Assembly: GCA_964016885.1 (NCBI GenBank)
Contig: OZ024741.1
Coordinates: 154,690,001 to 154,754,000 of the forward strand
Reading direction: 5' to 3'
Length of the DNA stretch: 64,000 nucleotides
Source of the DNA: Eledone cirrhosa
Taxonomy: Eukaryota
Part shown: one piece after another, positions 1 through 12,824 of the stretch
Layout: each line of letters begins with the position of its first letter
How positions within the stretch are numbered: the first letter of the stretch is position 1
Made by a program: the position numbers and the translations under genes
The notes under the pieces: generated by a model
Told to the model about the DNA's origin: nothing
The model's input: the letters and a program-made list of their open reading frames with translations, nothing else
Databases searched by the model: none

Positions 1-121
1 GTAAAGAGATTTAATTATAAGCAAGTTTAGATAGAATATTATTTTTGTCCTTCTTGTTTATACTCTCATAAATTGAGTTTTTTCTTGCTTAAATTTAATA
101 TATAATATTGCTTCTCTGACA

Positions 122-283
122 AATATATATATCATCCTCATCATCGTCGTCATCGTCTTCATCGTCTTCATCATCATCATCCTCATCATCGTCTTCATCA
201 TCATCATCCTCATCATCGTCGTCATCGTCTTCATCATCATCATTGTCATCATCATCATCATCATCAATCATCATCATCATCAT
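122..283. repeat. Expanded imperfect (CAT/CGT)n microsatellite, the 3' (GAT)n tail of the adjacent minus-strand RTE
   Basis: Direct triplet repeat abutting the RTE terminal motif gtttaacgtccattttccacgctagcatggg. Confidence 0.9.
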
Positions 284-2350
284 CGTTTAACGTCCATTTT
301 CCACGCTAGCATGGGTTAGACGGGAGTTGTCCCACTTGAGGCAAGGCTGGTCCCACTTGAGGCAAGGCTGGTCCCACTTGAGGCAAGGCTGGTCTCGCTC
401 ATATAGGACTATCTGGCAGGTTTTCTACAGCTGGGTGCCCTTCCTAACACCAACCACATTTACAGTGTGGGGCTGGGAGGTTTTTACCGTGTTACCTACA
501 CGGCGACATTACAGCGTGGACTGTGTGTTTTTTTGTTGTGACACCTACACAATCTCAATCTCATTATCTCATTTATTTGGACTAGATGTTGTGGTACCAA
601 CTTTATAGAGAGAGAGTGGTGTTGGTGGGAGTGGGAGGATGGGGTAGGGGCAGTGGATTGGGGTGTATATTTGGTTAAGAGGTGCCTACTGACTGTAGGT
701 TTTGCTTTGTACATAGGCAAGGCGGGTCTTCTGTATTACTGCATAGCGCCAAAGATCTTGGTCCATTGACATTGTCTTAGAGAGATGCAAGTGTGCAAGG
801 TCGGAATTTATTAGATCGTCCCAGGTTTTTCTGGGTCTACCTACTCCGTAACTACCATCAATTTTGATCGCCCTGCACTTTTTTATGCAGCTGTTGTCTT
901 TCATGCGCATCATGTGACCATACCAACGTAGTCTTCTCTCAAGTAAACAGCATCTGATACCTCTTATTCCTAATTTCTTAATTAGTTCATTTATGCTTTG
1001 CCGTTCACGTATATTACTATTACACATCCAACGGAGCATGCATGCTTGGTTCCTTTCCAGTCTACGCAGGTCCTCTGCACGTAATGCCCATGTCTCACTG
1101 CCACGTAGCATTGCTGTTCGTATACAGGCATCATACAATCTGCCTTTCATTTTTAGAGAGAAAACTTTTGTGGCGAACAGCGGTATAAGCTCTCTGAACT
1201 TTTTCCATCCTGTTCTGACTCTGGCTACTGTACTTTCAGAACACCCTCCCCCACTGCTGATTTTGTCACCCAGGTAACGGAAAGTGTCTACTATTTCTAT
1301 AGAACCATCTGGGCAATAGAAGGAGCTAGCATCCTGTGGACACTTGCTACATATTGCACCTGAGCATCGGCCACATATAAAGTCTACGTTCTTAGATAGT
1401 TTACCTGTGATTCCACTACATCTTTTATGTACCCATACATTGCATTTGGGACATGAAATGGAATTTCTGCCTACTCCTTTCCTACACACTCATTGGGCAT
1501 GGCCATTTCTCTGGGGGCACCTGTGCCCTATTTTTCTTTCTACAAACTAGAACTTTAGTCTTAGACAAGTTAACTTTAAGGCCTTTTGATTCTAGGCCAT
1601 GCTTCCATGTTTCAAATTTCTTCTCTAGTTCAGCCATTGATTCAGCTATGAGTGTTAGATCATCTGCGTATAGGAGTTCCCATGGGCAGCCGGTCTTGAA
1701 CTCCTCTGTTATAGCCTGAAGGGCAATAATAAATAGGAGGGGGCTAAGGACAGATCCTTGATGAACGCCAACTTTTACACTAAATTCTTCACAATATTCA
1801 TTGTTAATTCTAACCTTACTGACTGTTTCATTATACATAGCTTGTATAGCTCTCACAAGCCATTCATCTACACCTAGTTTTCTAAGAGCCCACCAGATAA
1901 TGGAGCAGGGGACTCTGTCAAAGGCTTTCTCCAGGTCTACAAAAGCTAAGTAGAGGGGTTTACTTTTAGCTAGGTACTTCTCTTGTAGTTGTTGTACAAG
2001 GAAAAGAGCATCTGTGGTACTTTTACCTGACACAAACCCAAACTGCATTTCATCTAGATCAATTCGCTCTCTGATTAGTTGCGCTATAACTGTTTCTGTG
2101 ACCTTCATGACCTGGTCAACTAACTTAATACCTCTATAGTTTCCTCTATCTAGAGCATCTCCTTTACCCTTGTAGCAGTTAATGATGATGCTGCTACACC
2201 AGTCATTTGGTATGACCCCATTCTGTATTACTTCGTTAACTATACGGGTGACCGTAGTGTGTCCCACCATACCAGATGCCTTCAACATATCAGCAACTAT
2301 CTCTGAAGGCCTAGCTGCCTTGCCTGTCTTCATATCTTTGATTGCCTTAT
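284..2350 (-). mobile_element. 5'-truncated RTE-clade LINE (RT, PHD-like Cys/His region, C-terminus, long 3' UTR)
   Basis: ORF 1482..2432 has RT motifs (NYRGIKL, QFGF, AFVDLEKAFDRV, GVHQGSVLSPLLF, LLYADDL); frameshifted ORF 686..1489 has C-x2-C/WVHKRC, RLRWYGH and GRPRKTW; ends in a (GAT)n tail. Confidence 0.95.
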
Positions 2351-2362
2351 CATCATCAATGT

Positions 2363-2393
<31 letters not shown>

Positions 2394-2622
2394 CATCATC
2401 ATCATTTTACGTCCGCTTTTCCCTGCTTGCAATATATATATATGAGGCAGATTGTATGATGCTACGAAAAGAAGTAAGTGACATAGTCACTACTTTAAAA
2501 TGATAGCGTAAGTTCTTCAAAATATTTTTAATTAAACATACGATATATTGTCAAATATATTATACATGCATTCATGTATACATTGCTATTTCAGAGCACC
2601 AATCCTACTATATATATATATA

Positions 2623-3876
2623 TGAAAAAAATTAATTGACCCGCATGTATATTATTTTACTTTCTTATGTTTCGCGATGACCTCCCCTTTCTGCTTGATG
2701 ACAGTGTGAAATTTCTCATTCTGAGACTGCTGGAATTTCAAATTTGGCGGTCATTCTGATACGGAGAGGGACCATCGCTGAACATTAGATTAGATATCGG
2801 TAAGAAAGTTTTCTTTATATCGATGTTTGACGGGCATCCACTGATGATTTATAAGTGCCCACCTGCATATATTCCTACGGACTATGTGAAGGCTTCTACA
2901 TAACCTGGACACATTTTTCCCAACTTGTAGAAAACTTATAATGAAACAATTGTTTGGAAAGGGAGATGTATTTTAATTATGTCTCATATAAAATAATACA
3001 ACTGGCTATCCGCAAAATACATATAGTTAGCACCCCAAACGTACAATTAGGATTATACTAAGGTATATCCTAATGTTTGTTGAGTGAGATGGAAGCCAGT
3101 CAGAGTATAGCTTAAGGCTTTCTCTGTTAATGTATTAAATATTATACTCTTGATTTGGCCAGAGATGAATATTTCCAGATACCTTTTAAGTGTAACTTTC
3201 CGTATTTATTATTACTATGAAATATTGATTGTTGTTCTGGTATCATATCTCTGTTTTTAGCCTAAGAAAATACCTATATGCGTGTATAAATAATACATGC
3301 ATATATTTATTTTTTAAAAATCTAATTGAGTTCTTCACACGCAAGGTTAAAATTATTGAAAAAAATTAATTGACCCGCGTGTATATTATTTTACCTTCTT
3401 ATGTTTCGCGATGACCTCCCCTTTCTGCTTGATGACAGTGTGAAATTTCTCATTCTGAGACAGCTGGAATTTCAAATTTGGCGGTCATTCTGATACGGAG
3501 AGGGACCATCGCTGAACATTAGATTAGATATCGGTAAGAAAGTTTTCTTTATATCGATGTTTGACGGGCATCCACTGATGATTTATAAGTGCCCACCTGC
3601 ATATATTCCTACGGACTATGTGAAGGCTTCTACATAACCTGGACACATTTTTCCCAACTTGTAGAAAACTTATAATGAAACAATTGTTTGGAAAGGGAGA
3701 TGTATTTTAATTATGTCTCATATAAAATAATACAACTGGCTATCCGCAAAATACATATAGTTAGCACCCCAAACGTACAATTGGGATTATACTAAGGTAT
3801 ATCCTAATGTTTGTTGAGTGAGATGGAAGCCAGTCAGAGTATAGCTTAAGGCTTTCTCTGTTAATGTATTAAATAT
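2623..3876. repeat. Partial tandem repeat (734-bp period; about 520-bp direct repeats at 2623-3142 and 3357-3876) flanked by (TA)n
   Basis: Near-identical copies both begin tgaaaaaaattaattgacccgc; only a few substitutions seen. Confidence 0.9.
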
Positions 3877-3891
3877 ATATATATATATATC

Positions 3892-3892
<1 letters not shown>

Positions 3893-3933
<41 letters not shown>

Positions 3934-4030
3934 TCTTCCACGCTAGCATGGGTTAGACGGGCGTTGTTGCACTTGAGGCAAGATTGGTCGGGTGACCGTG
4001 TCTCGCTCATATAGGACTATCTGGCAGGTT
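3893..4030 (-). mobile_element. Non-autonomous bipartite RTE-derived element (5'-UTR motif joined to 3' tail)
   Basis: (CAT)n, then cttccacgctagcatgggttagacgg, then ctggcaggttttctatggctggatgcc; same module as at 284-470. Confidence 0.8.
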
Positions 4031-4040
4031 TTCTATGGCT

Positions 4041-4618
4041 GGATGCCATATATATATATAAAATTCAAATTCAAAAATATATGTATATAGCCATATATCA
4101 TTAGAGAAACACATAGTATTTTGTACATATATATAAAAAGCATATAATATATGTTATGATACTTTAGATTAGTATATACCAGCTCAAAATTCTTAGCTTG
4201 TTGAACTGCTTCTGTTGAGCTGCTTCTAGTCGATGCAACGTCCAGTCCTATTTATATTTGCCTTCACTGTTAAAAACTAATTTACACCACAAGGTATGGA
4301 TTGACTACTTCTCGGAACATGACAGATATAAAGGTAATTTGTACTTTATTAGAACTTATAATAAGACGATTTCCCATGATGACAAGTTCTGTGTCTTCCA
4401 GAGCTCTACCAAAATTGATAGTCGGTAATCGATAATCAATTGCTGAGATTGATTTTCACTCTGATTCTACGAACTATGAAATGGCAGCCATAAGAAAGAT
4501 AATAACTTTTTCACCTTAAAGTATATACTGTTTCCTAAATATTATATATATATATGAACAAAATACTGTTTCTCTAATGATATATGGCTCTATACATTTA
4601 TTTTTAAATTTGAATTTT
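4041..4618. repeat. Segment bounded by about 55-bp imperfect inverted repeats, next to (TA)n
   Basis: aaattcaaattcaaaaat...gccatatatcattagagaaaca (~4061-4111) versus tgtttctctaatgatatatggc...tttaaatttgaattt (~4567-4618). Confidence 0.65.
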
Positions 4619-4764
4619 TGATGCCAATAATAGCTGTCACTGAAATATATATAGCAGAGAATTTATAATAAACGAAGCCAAATTGAACATGTTTGACTTA
4701 TTTATATTATATATATATATATATATCCATCCAAACCCATGCAAACGTGGAAGATGGATGTTAA

Positions 4765-4796
<32 letters not shown>

Positions 4797-4904
4797 ATAT
4801 GCATTGCACATCCAACGGATGATGATATATGACATTGCACATCCAACGGAGCATACTTGCTTCATTTCTCTCCAGCCGTATAAATATATGTATATATATA
4901 TATT

Positions 4905-5910
4905 TATCTTCTTCTTTGTCCACTTATTCCTGAGAGGGTCATGGGGGCAGAGTCCTCAAACACTCCTTCTAGTGGGTCCTGTCAGAAGCAACTGTCCCGA
5001 ACTGATCCAGCTGGATATCCAAGCAAGACCAACCAAGCTCATGGATGTTATCCAACCATCTTGCTCAGGGCCTATGCCTATCTCTTGCCAGTTGGTTTTG
5101 CCTGTAAAATCTGTCCAGTGATTGTTTCCTGAGACATTCTAACCATGTGTCCATAGTATCGGAGCTGTCATCTCTCAATTTGGAAAAGTAGTGGCTCCAC
5201 CTGGAGTGACTCTCTGAACTATGCACTCTATCGAATAACGTTACTCCAAAGACCCACTGGAGGAACTCCATTTCAGCCGGTTGTATTTGCATTCATATTC
5301 TTTCGGTTAATTACCCAAGATTCATGACCTTAGGTAAAGGCTGGCATGATTACAGAATTGAAGATAGCGAGTTTGGCTTTTACACCTACCCCCCTTCTTC
5401 TGCTTACTGAATGCTGAAGCTGGTGCATTACTACACCAGCTTCTGCAATTCATTCACTTAATTCAGCATTCAGCCTTCTATCACTCATGAACACGGGCTG
5501 GAGATACTTGAACTTCTCTACCTGCTTCAGTGGAACTCTATTCACATGTAGAGTGCACTATGCAGGCTTCCTTGAGAGGATGAGTGTCTCAGTTTTTGCA
5601 GCACTGATTTTCATTTCAGCCATGCAGCACTCAACATCAAATCTATCAAGTGCAAGTCAGAGATCACCTTCTTCGAGTTAAGTAACATCATGTCTGCAAA
5701 TTCTAGCTGACTGATTTTACACCTGCCAGTCATGATACCACTTCTAACCTGGCTGCACATGTCAATCCTGTTCGTGAAAATAATGAACAGAAGAAGTGAC
5801 AGTACACATCCTTGGTGAAGTGCGACTTCCACATTGAATGGTTTCAATTTAGCACCATTTATCTGAACACAAATATTCTGGGATTTGTATAGAGACATCA
5901 GGGCAACTCC
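4905..5910 (-). mobile_element. Decayed RTE LINE of a second family (Expander/Rex3-like, GAA tail)
   Basis: LHQGCVLSLLLFIIF and LEFADM RT remnants; QIQPAEMEFL C-terminal motif; similar copies at 12825, 24217 and 49475. Confidence 0.85.
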
Positions 5911-5935
5911 TGCAGAACACTCTCTAAAAACAAGA

Positions 5936-5972
<37 letters not shown>

Positions 5973-6368
5973 TGTATATCTGTCTGTCCCCGTGTTAGCA
6001 TACATTGTGTGTGGTGCGTTTTAAATCAGTATATTTGTCAGACAAAAAAATTTATGTAGATATGTATATATGTATGCTACACACTTACACCTACACACAC
6101 CCACACACAAACACACACACATATATATATGCACTTCTCTCTCTCCCCCCTCTCTCTCTATATATATTCTTTTACCTGTTCCAGCCATCCGGCTGAGGCC
6201 ATGCTGGGGCACTGCCCTTGAGATATATAAAGATATGTAAAATCTCGACTGCAGTGCCAAGCAGTTTCGGCTTGTATGCATACATGCATATATGTAAAAT
6301 ATGCACATTTATATGTATATATATATATATATATGATGATGATGATGATGATATATATGTATATACAT

Positions 6369-6430
<62 letters not shown>

Positions 6431-6560
6431 GTGTGTGAGCTTGTATATATATTTATATATCCATGTATATATGTATATATATGAAAGTATATATATATAT
6501 ATGAATATATGCATATATACAAATGCATATACATGAATATATTTATACGTATATATATAT

Positions 6561-6586
6561 AGAAGGACTAGCGTCCGAAACGTTAA
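6561..6586 (+). ncRNA. 5'-truncated minimal hammerhead ribozyme remnant (PLE type)
   Basis: AGA-A-GGAC-tagc-GTCC-GAAACGTTA: stem II hairpin, GAAA and palindromic stem III; the CUGA is replaced by (TA)n. Confidence 0.55.
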
Positions 6587-7943
6587 GACCCTCTTCCTGC
6601 TATATCAAGTGTTAACCTAATATATCCCTTCCATATACTATACCAATTGTGTTGTTATTTCTATTTACCTTTTACATATATATATATACATACATATATG
6701 TATGAATGCATGCATATCTATGTATGTGCATTGATGTGTATATGCATATGTGTTTACATATATGCATCCTTAATGCATTAGAAAGAACCAATAGAAACAA
6801 AGGAAAAAACTTGCTTTTACAAAAAAAAAAATAATAATAATGAAACAAAAAAAAAACTAAATAAAAAGCTGTCACAATCAATAATGTGCAGGTTTTAAGG
6901 TTAATCAATTGATTGAATGTAGTGAGTTTGATAACATGATGGAATTAGATTAAATCTGATTCATAGACAGACCTGGTTTAAAAGACACACCATTATCATT
7001 GTCATCACTAACATCCTAATTATTACAATGATAATTATCACCATCATGATCACAATCATCATCATTCTCACCATGATCACCATCATTATGTACTTATTTA
7101 ATTTTCTGGTAGATATTTTATCAAATTGTTTTTGTTGATCTGCTAAGTTATGGGCCATTAACATAGAGACACACATACAACGGGTTTCTATACAGTTTTC
7201 ATCTACCAAATTTCATCTAGAAGATAGATTGACTTGATCATATGGACCTCTATACTTATTTTATTAAACGCTTTTTGTTGAACTGTTAAGTTACAGGGGC
7301 CATAAACACACACACACACACAAACACACACAGATATGGTAACATAAACACCCAGACATGCATATTGAGGTGTTGACACATATTCTTTTACTGGTTTCAA
7401 TCATTAGACAATGCTGAGGTGCTGCCTTGAAGGGATTTAGTTCATCACATCGATTCCCCTGCAATTCTGGTACTTATTTTATTGATCTCTTCTTTTTTGT
7501 CCAACCATTAAAAAAAGAACTCTCTAAAAAAAAGGGGAGGAAAGAAAAACAAGAAAAAAGGGTAACTTTGTAAAACCTTAGAGACTAAGTGAAATAATGC
7601 AAGTATAATATTGATTTAAACGAGGTGATCAGATATGACGGAGAGAAAGAGCGGGGTTCCTTTCATCTCAGTATTTGTAACAAACCAATGTTTTAGCAAC
7701 ACCAATTCATTCATGTGAAAGCAAATATATCACTGATTGTGTTATAGAAAACACAACCTATCAAACATTTTGATGTGGATCGATTTTGTTGTAAAATATA
7801 TTTATTATTTCTTTGTCTGTCTTCTCTCTTTTTGTTTTATATGAATGTGTCGCAGTAAATTGCTCAAACACACACACATACATGCACACACGCACACACA
7901 CACACATATGCACACACACACACATATGCACACACACACATAT

Positions 7944-8220
7944 ATCATCATTACTGTTTAATGGCCTTTTATCCATGCTAACATGGGTTAGATGAGTCGT
8001 CCCATTGTGAAACAAGCCAGATCAGATGCCCGTGTCTTGCTCATGGAGGACTGATCTTGGCTTGGTTTCTATGGCTGAATGCCTTTCCTAACACCATCCA
8101 CATTTACAGCATGGACTGGGTGCTTTTTGTTGTGCCACCTACATGACCATGTTACAGTGTGGACTGGGTACGTTTTGTTATGCCACCAAAATGACCACAT
8201 TACAGTGTGGACTCGGGTGT
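7944..8220 (-). mobile_element. Bipartite RTE-derived SINE-like element with tandem ~44-bp 5'-motif units
   Basis: ccatgctaacatgggttaga tail, gcctttcctaacaccatcc motif, repeated tacagtgtggactgggt units. Confidence 0.75.
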
Positions 8221-8989
8221 AGCGAAATAAGCACAATGAGGATGAATATATGTAAAAGAATCAGACTCATAGAAAACAATGCTTGCTTTTTCAGCCTTCG
8301 ACTGAAGAAACATTATGATATTTTATGTAACAACCTGGTTTTAATACATACGGTAGGACCAGAACTTTAGCTGCATCAGTAACTTATAAGGCTTCAACTA
8401 CTAGCGAATAGATAAGAAAAAAAGAAACGAATATACAGAATACAAGAGCATTTCAACAAACGGAAACAATACAGTATCAAGGAAAACAAAGGACCTAAGA
8501 AAAACATCTTTAACAAACAGATGGATGCTGCAAAGAAACATATTGTGAACAAAATAAATAGAATGACAAGAGAGAAATACCAACAATGTTAATCCAGAAC
8601 ACTAGGTCAGTAAAGGAAGTAAAATTGTTGAAAAGGAAGTGGACTCCATTAGAGTAGCATTCTGGGAAGACAAAGAAATAAGACAAAGGTTGAGAAGAAA
8701 GAATAATTAATAGATGGACAAGAAAAAAGGAGGTGATACAAACTATTCAACCTTCCCAGAATGCTATTTTAACTCTATCAGCCCAATAAAATGCACTTGG
8801 TAAAATACAGAACCATATGTAAGTGAGATATGAACCTTCCAGCCTGTCTGAGTGATCTGTGGCCCTGATTCAGCACACACTCAGTCTGTGCAGACCTGTC
8901 TAAACCTTGCTAGAAGGGAAAGTGGATGTTAAATGACGATGACTATGATGATGATAATGATATATATATATATATGTGTGTGTGTGTAT

Positions 8990-9907
8990 GTGTTAGACTA
9001 GTACAAAATATAACAACTGGAACAATTATATCTGCATATGCACCTCAGTCAGGACTGTCAAATGATAAGTTTTACAAATCCATAATGCACACGACTTCCC
9101 AAATAAGTGATAGTGACTTCATAATCATTGTGGCCGAGGTTATGGATTCAGTGCTAGAAATGAAGAAGATTCCAGGCTTCTATAATTCTGTGACGCCAAT
9201 GATCTATCTATCTGTACACAAACTTCAAAAAACCAGACAGTCTCTTGATGACCTATAGATCAGGTGAGCATGTCAGCCTGACAGATTTTATTCTCACCAG
9301 AAGATGAGATAGAGTGACAGTTATAAACACTAAGTCCCTCCCAACATAATCTAGTAGTTAGTGACCTTATAATTAGGGCTAGATGAACTCAACAACAGAG
9401 GAAAGCCCGGAGGAGAAGAATATGGAAGTTAAAAGACCCATCAGCCAGAAATTTATAGTCATGTTGATTCACACTTTTGATAGTAAGGAAGAGCAAATAG
9501 AGAAATACGATATAGAGGAGCAGTGGGATTTCATTAAAGATAACCTACTGAAGGCAACAAATGAAGTCTATTGTTGGAGCAGGTCCCTAGGTAGGAGGAG
9601 AGTGTCTTGGTGGTGGAACAGTTGGGTGGATGAAGCAATTAAGACCAAAAGACAGGTATTGTAAAGTGTAGGTACCACAACAAAAAGCGTACAATCCATA
9701 CTGTAAAGTAGTTGTGTAGGTGCCATGACAAAAAGCACCCAGTCCACACTGTAAATGTGGTTGGTGTTAGGAAGGGCATCCAGCCATAGAAACCACGCCA
9801 GAAACAGTTCTGTATGAGCAAGTCATGGTCATCTGATCTGACTTGTCCCACAATGGGTCATGCTAGAGTCGAAAAATGGATGTTAAATGATGATGATGAT
9901 GATGATG
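8990..9907 (+). mobile_element. Decayed RTE endonuclease/linker fragment followed by a bipartite RTE module and (GAT)n tail
   Basis: TIISAYAPQSG and SWWWNSWVDEAIK remnants, then gtggttggtgttaggaagggcatccagcc and a ggatgttaaatgatgatg tail. Confidence 0.8.
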
Positions 9908-10129
9908 ATATATAGGTATATATATTATATTTATAGATAATATATATATCTGTTGACCGTAAATCATGTGATAATTCTTCCATTTGGAATTATTGCTAGT
10001 ATTACTCAGTGAAACTGCAGTCGGGACATCAAAATAAATAGGTAAATTTTTCTTATCTTTTCCCAAATATAATTTCAGATATATATATATATAAAATTAT
10101 ATGCAAGGCAGGGATCCATTCAATACTTT

Positions 10130-10199
10130 TTTGTTGGATGACATCTCAAGGAGATGAATATATATATATATACATCTCCTTGAGATGTCATCCAACAAA
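10130..10199. repeat. Palindrome with 27-bp arms around a (TA)n core
   Basis: tttgttggatgacatctcaaggagatg / catctccttgagatgtcatccaacaaa. Confidence 0.9.
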
Positions 10200-10207
10200 C
10201 AAGGAGA

Positions 10208-10240
<33 letters not shown>

Positions 10241-10247
<7 letters not shown>

Positions 10248-10418
10248 ACATTGGATCTAGCTGTCAAAACGGCCAGAGCACAGCCGTTAGGGTCCTAAAT
10301 CTTTTCATACATGTTGTGTATATATATATATATATATATATACAACATGTATGAAAAGATTTAGGACCCTGACAGCTGTGCTCTGGCCGTTTTGACAGCT
10401 AGAGCCAATGTATAACAT
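10241..10418. repeat. Palindrome with about 77-bp arms around a (TA)n core
   Basis: atgttgtacattggatctagctgtcaaaacggcc... is reverse-complemented at 10342-10418 with about 4 mismatches. Confidence 0.9.
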
Positions 10419-10860
10419 ATATATATATATATTTATATAAATGGAAGTTTAGTAAAATCGAAGCTTCCGCTGTAGCCAAGTCAACGAGATACAATGAGGA
10501 ATTGTGCAGCCAAGTACTCAAAGAGGAATCTCAGAGTAATAACATTCATTAGACGGCATGACAAATTGAAAACTGTGGTAGGCAATCCCAGCCACGACAC
10601 CGAAGCAACGAGAAAACCAACAGGTTAATAAAGCAAACCTGGACCGTCTCGGAGGTAGATCATCGTTTCTATGAATCTAAAATCAACAATCTCACTTGCG
10701 CAAGTATGCAAGTTTTTGGTGTTTGAAGACCGAACTGAGGATTCATGTTATCAACAAGTTTCCGTTCTGTGCCTTGACCCGGTGTGGTATGAAGTAGCAA
10801 GTCGCTGTTGTTAGTGGAGGCTAAACCTCAAATATCACGTGTTTTTCCTCAACAAGGGAA

Positions 10861-11690
10861 TCATCATCATCATCATCATCAACGTTTAACGTCCGTGTTC
10901 CACGCTTGCATGGGTTTGGACGGGGGTAGTCCCACTTGAGGCAAGAGTGATTGTCTTGCTCGCATAGGACTGTCTGGCAGGTTTTCTACAGTTGGATGCC
11001 CTTCCTAACACCAACCACATTTACAGTGTGGGTCTGGGAGGTTTTTACCGTGTTGCCTACACGGCCACATTACAGCGTGGACTGTGTGTTTTTTGTCGTG
11101 ACACCTACACGATCTCATTTGTTTCGGCCTGGATGGCGCGGCACCAACATAACTTTACATAGAACGGGGTCGTGTGGATGGGGTGGGGGTGGTGGCGGGA
11201 CGGGGTGTATTTTGTTAGAGATGCCTACTGGCAAGGCGGGTCTTCTCTGTTACTGAGTACCGCCAAAGGTCACGGTCCAGTGACATTGTCTTGGAGAGGT
11301 GTAAGTGTGTGAGGTCGGAGTTTATCAGCTCATCCCATGTTTTTCTAGGTCTGCCTATTCCGTGGCTACCGTCTATCTTTATTGCCCTGCACTTTGTAAT
11401 ACAGCTATCGACTTTCATGCGCATCACGTGTCCATACCAACGCAGCCTTCTCTCGAGTAAACAACATCTGATCCCTCTTATCTCTAATTTTTTCCTTAGT
11501 TCGTTTATGCTTTGCCGTTCACGTATATTACTGTTACACATCCAGCGGAGCATGCAAGCTTCGTTCCTCTCTAGTCTGCGTATATCCTCTGCACACAATG
11601 CCCAGGTCTCACTACCATGCAACATTGCTGTTCGTATGCAGGCATCGTACAACCTGCCTTTCATTTTTAGGGAGAACCCTTTAGCAGCTA
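10861..11690 (-). mobile_element. RTE LINE 3' fragment (same family as 284-2350)
   Basis: ORF 11215..11817 is closely similar to ORF 686..1489; same long 3' UTR and tail. Confidence 0.93.
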
Positions 11691-11711
11691 ATAGTGGTAT
11701 ATATATATATG

Positions 11712-11754
<43 letters not shown>

Positions 11755-11835
11755 TAGATATACATACACATATATCATCATCATCGTCGTCTTAATGACT
11801 ACTCCCTCTTCTAACAAGGGTATATATCTCTATAC

Positions 11836-11882
<47 letters not shown>

Positions 11883-12824
11883 ATACTGCATTTATTCCCT
11901 TTCTTGTGCTCACTTTTTTGTTCAAAAAAGTTTTTTGCAGTTGTTGTTGCAGCTGGTGGTGTTGCTATTGATAGTGAGGCAGTTGTTGTTGGTGTTGGCT
12001 GTATTGAGTACTCACAAGTAATGTTTTAATTTCATTAAAGACACAATGACATTGAAAGACAAAGCCATTGGAGAAAGAGAGAAAGAGAGAGAGAGAGAGA
12101 GAAAAGCTGTCATATGCTTTTGTCCTTGAAGCTTTTCTGCAATCATCACTTTCGTTAATGTCTTCATCAATATTGTCTTCTCACACGAAACTTGAAAGCT
12201 TATCAAAATTTAGCCCCCCCCCCCCCTCACTCTCCCCCCTCTCTCTTTTTATCTCTATCTGGATGATAGGACTGGGGTTTCACCACCTACAACATCCACT
12301 CATGACAACACCCAACTTCCTGCAACCTAACATCATCATCATCATCATTTTACGTCCGCTTTTCCCTGCTTGCAAGGGTGGGACTCACATATCATCCTGA
12401 TTCCTGGACCAGGTGGCATGCTGTGTTCTTGAGCAAGATGCTTCATTTCATGTTGCTTTTCATGTTAGGACAGGTGCCCCTATCATGAAAATATCCAAGG
12501 GACATTTTTTTGAGATGTGACCTCATAGGAGGTCAACTAAACCTATGTATGCACGAGCTGTAGGAACAATAACATGATAGGACTATAGTCTCTATCATTA
12601 AAACACACAAGAAACTTTATTAGATGTAACTTCATAGGAGGTTGGCTAAATCTACATAGATGTGAGCTGTGAATTTCATTTCATTTGGTGCTTCTACACA
12701 CCAGTAGAACTGAACCTGAAACTATGTGATTGTGAAGCTAACTCCTTACCCACACAGCAATGCCTGCAGCTATGATCACTGAATCTGAAATAATCTGAAT
12801 TTAATTTTGGAAGTTTACTGGCTT

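Noticed and set aside
58-283. Poly-Met / poly-Asp ORFs
   Set aside because: Translations of the (CAT)n tail of an RTE
2660-2730. Hammerhead-like TTGATGA..GAAA and CGAAAC motifs in the 734-bp repeat
   Set aside because: No credible stem II or III, and no 3-8 pair
6005-6536. YI/IY-rich ORFs (also at 13344-13621 and 36285-36717)
   Set aside because: Microsatellite artefacts
8230-8900. A-rich stretch resembling a decayed LINE ORF
   Set aside because: No diagnostic motif could be read, so it is left unclassified
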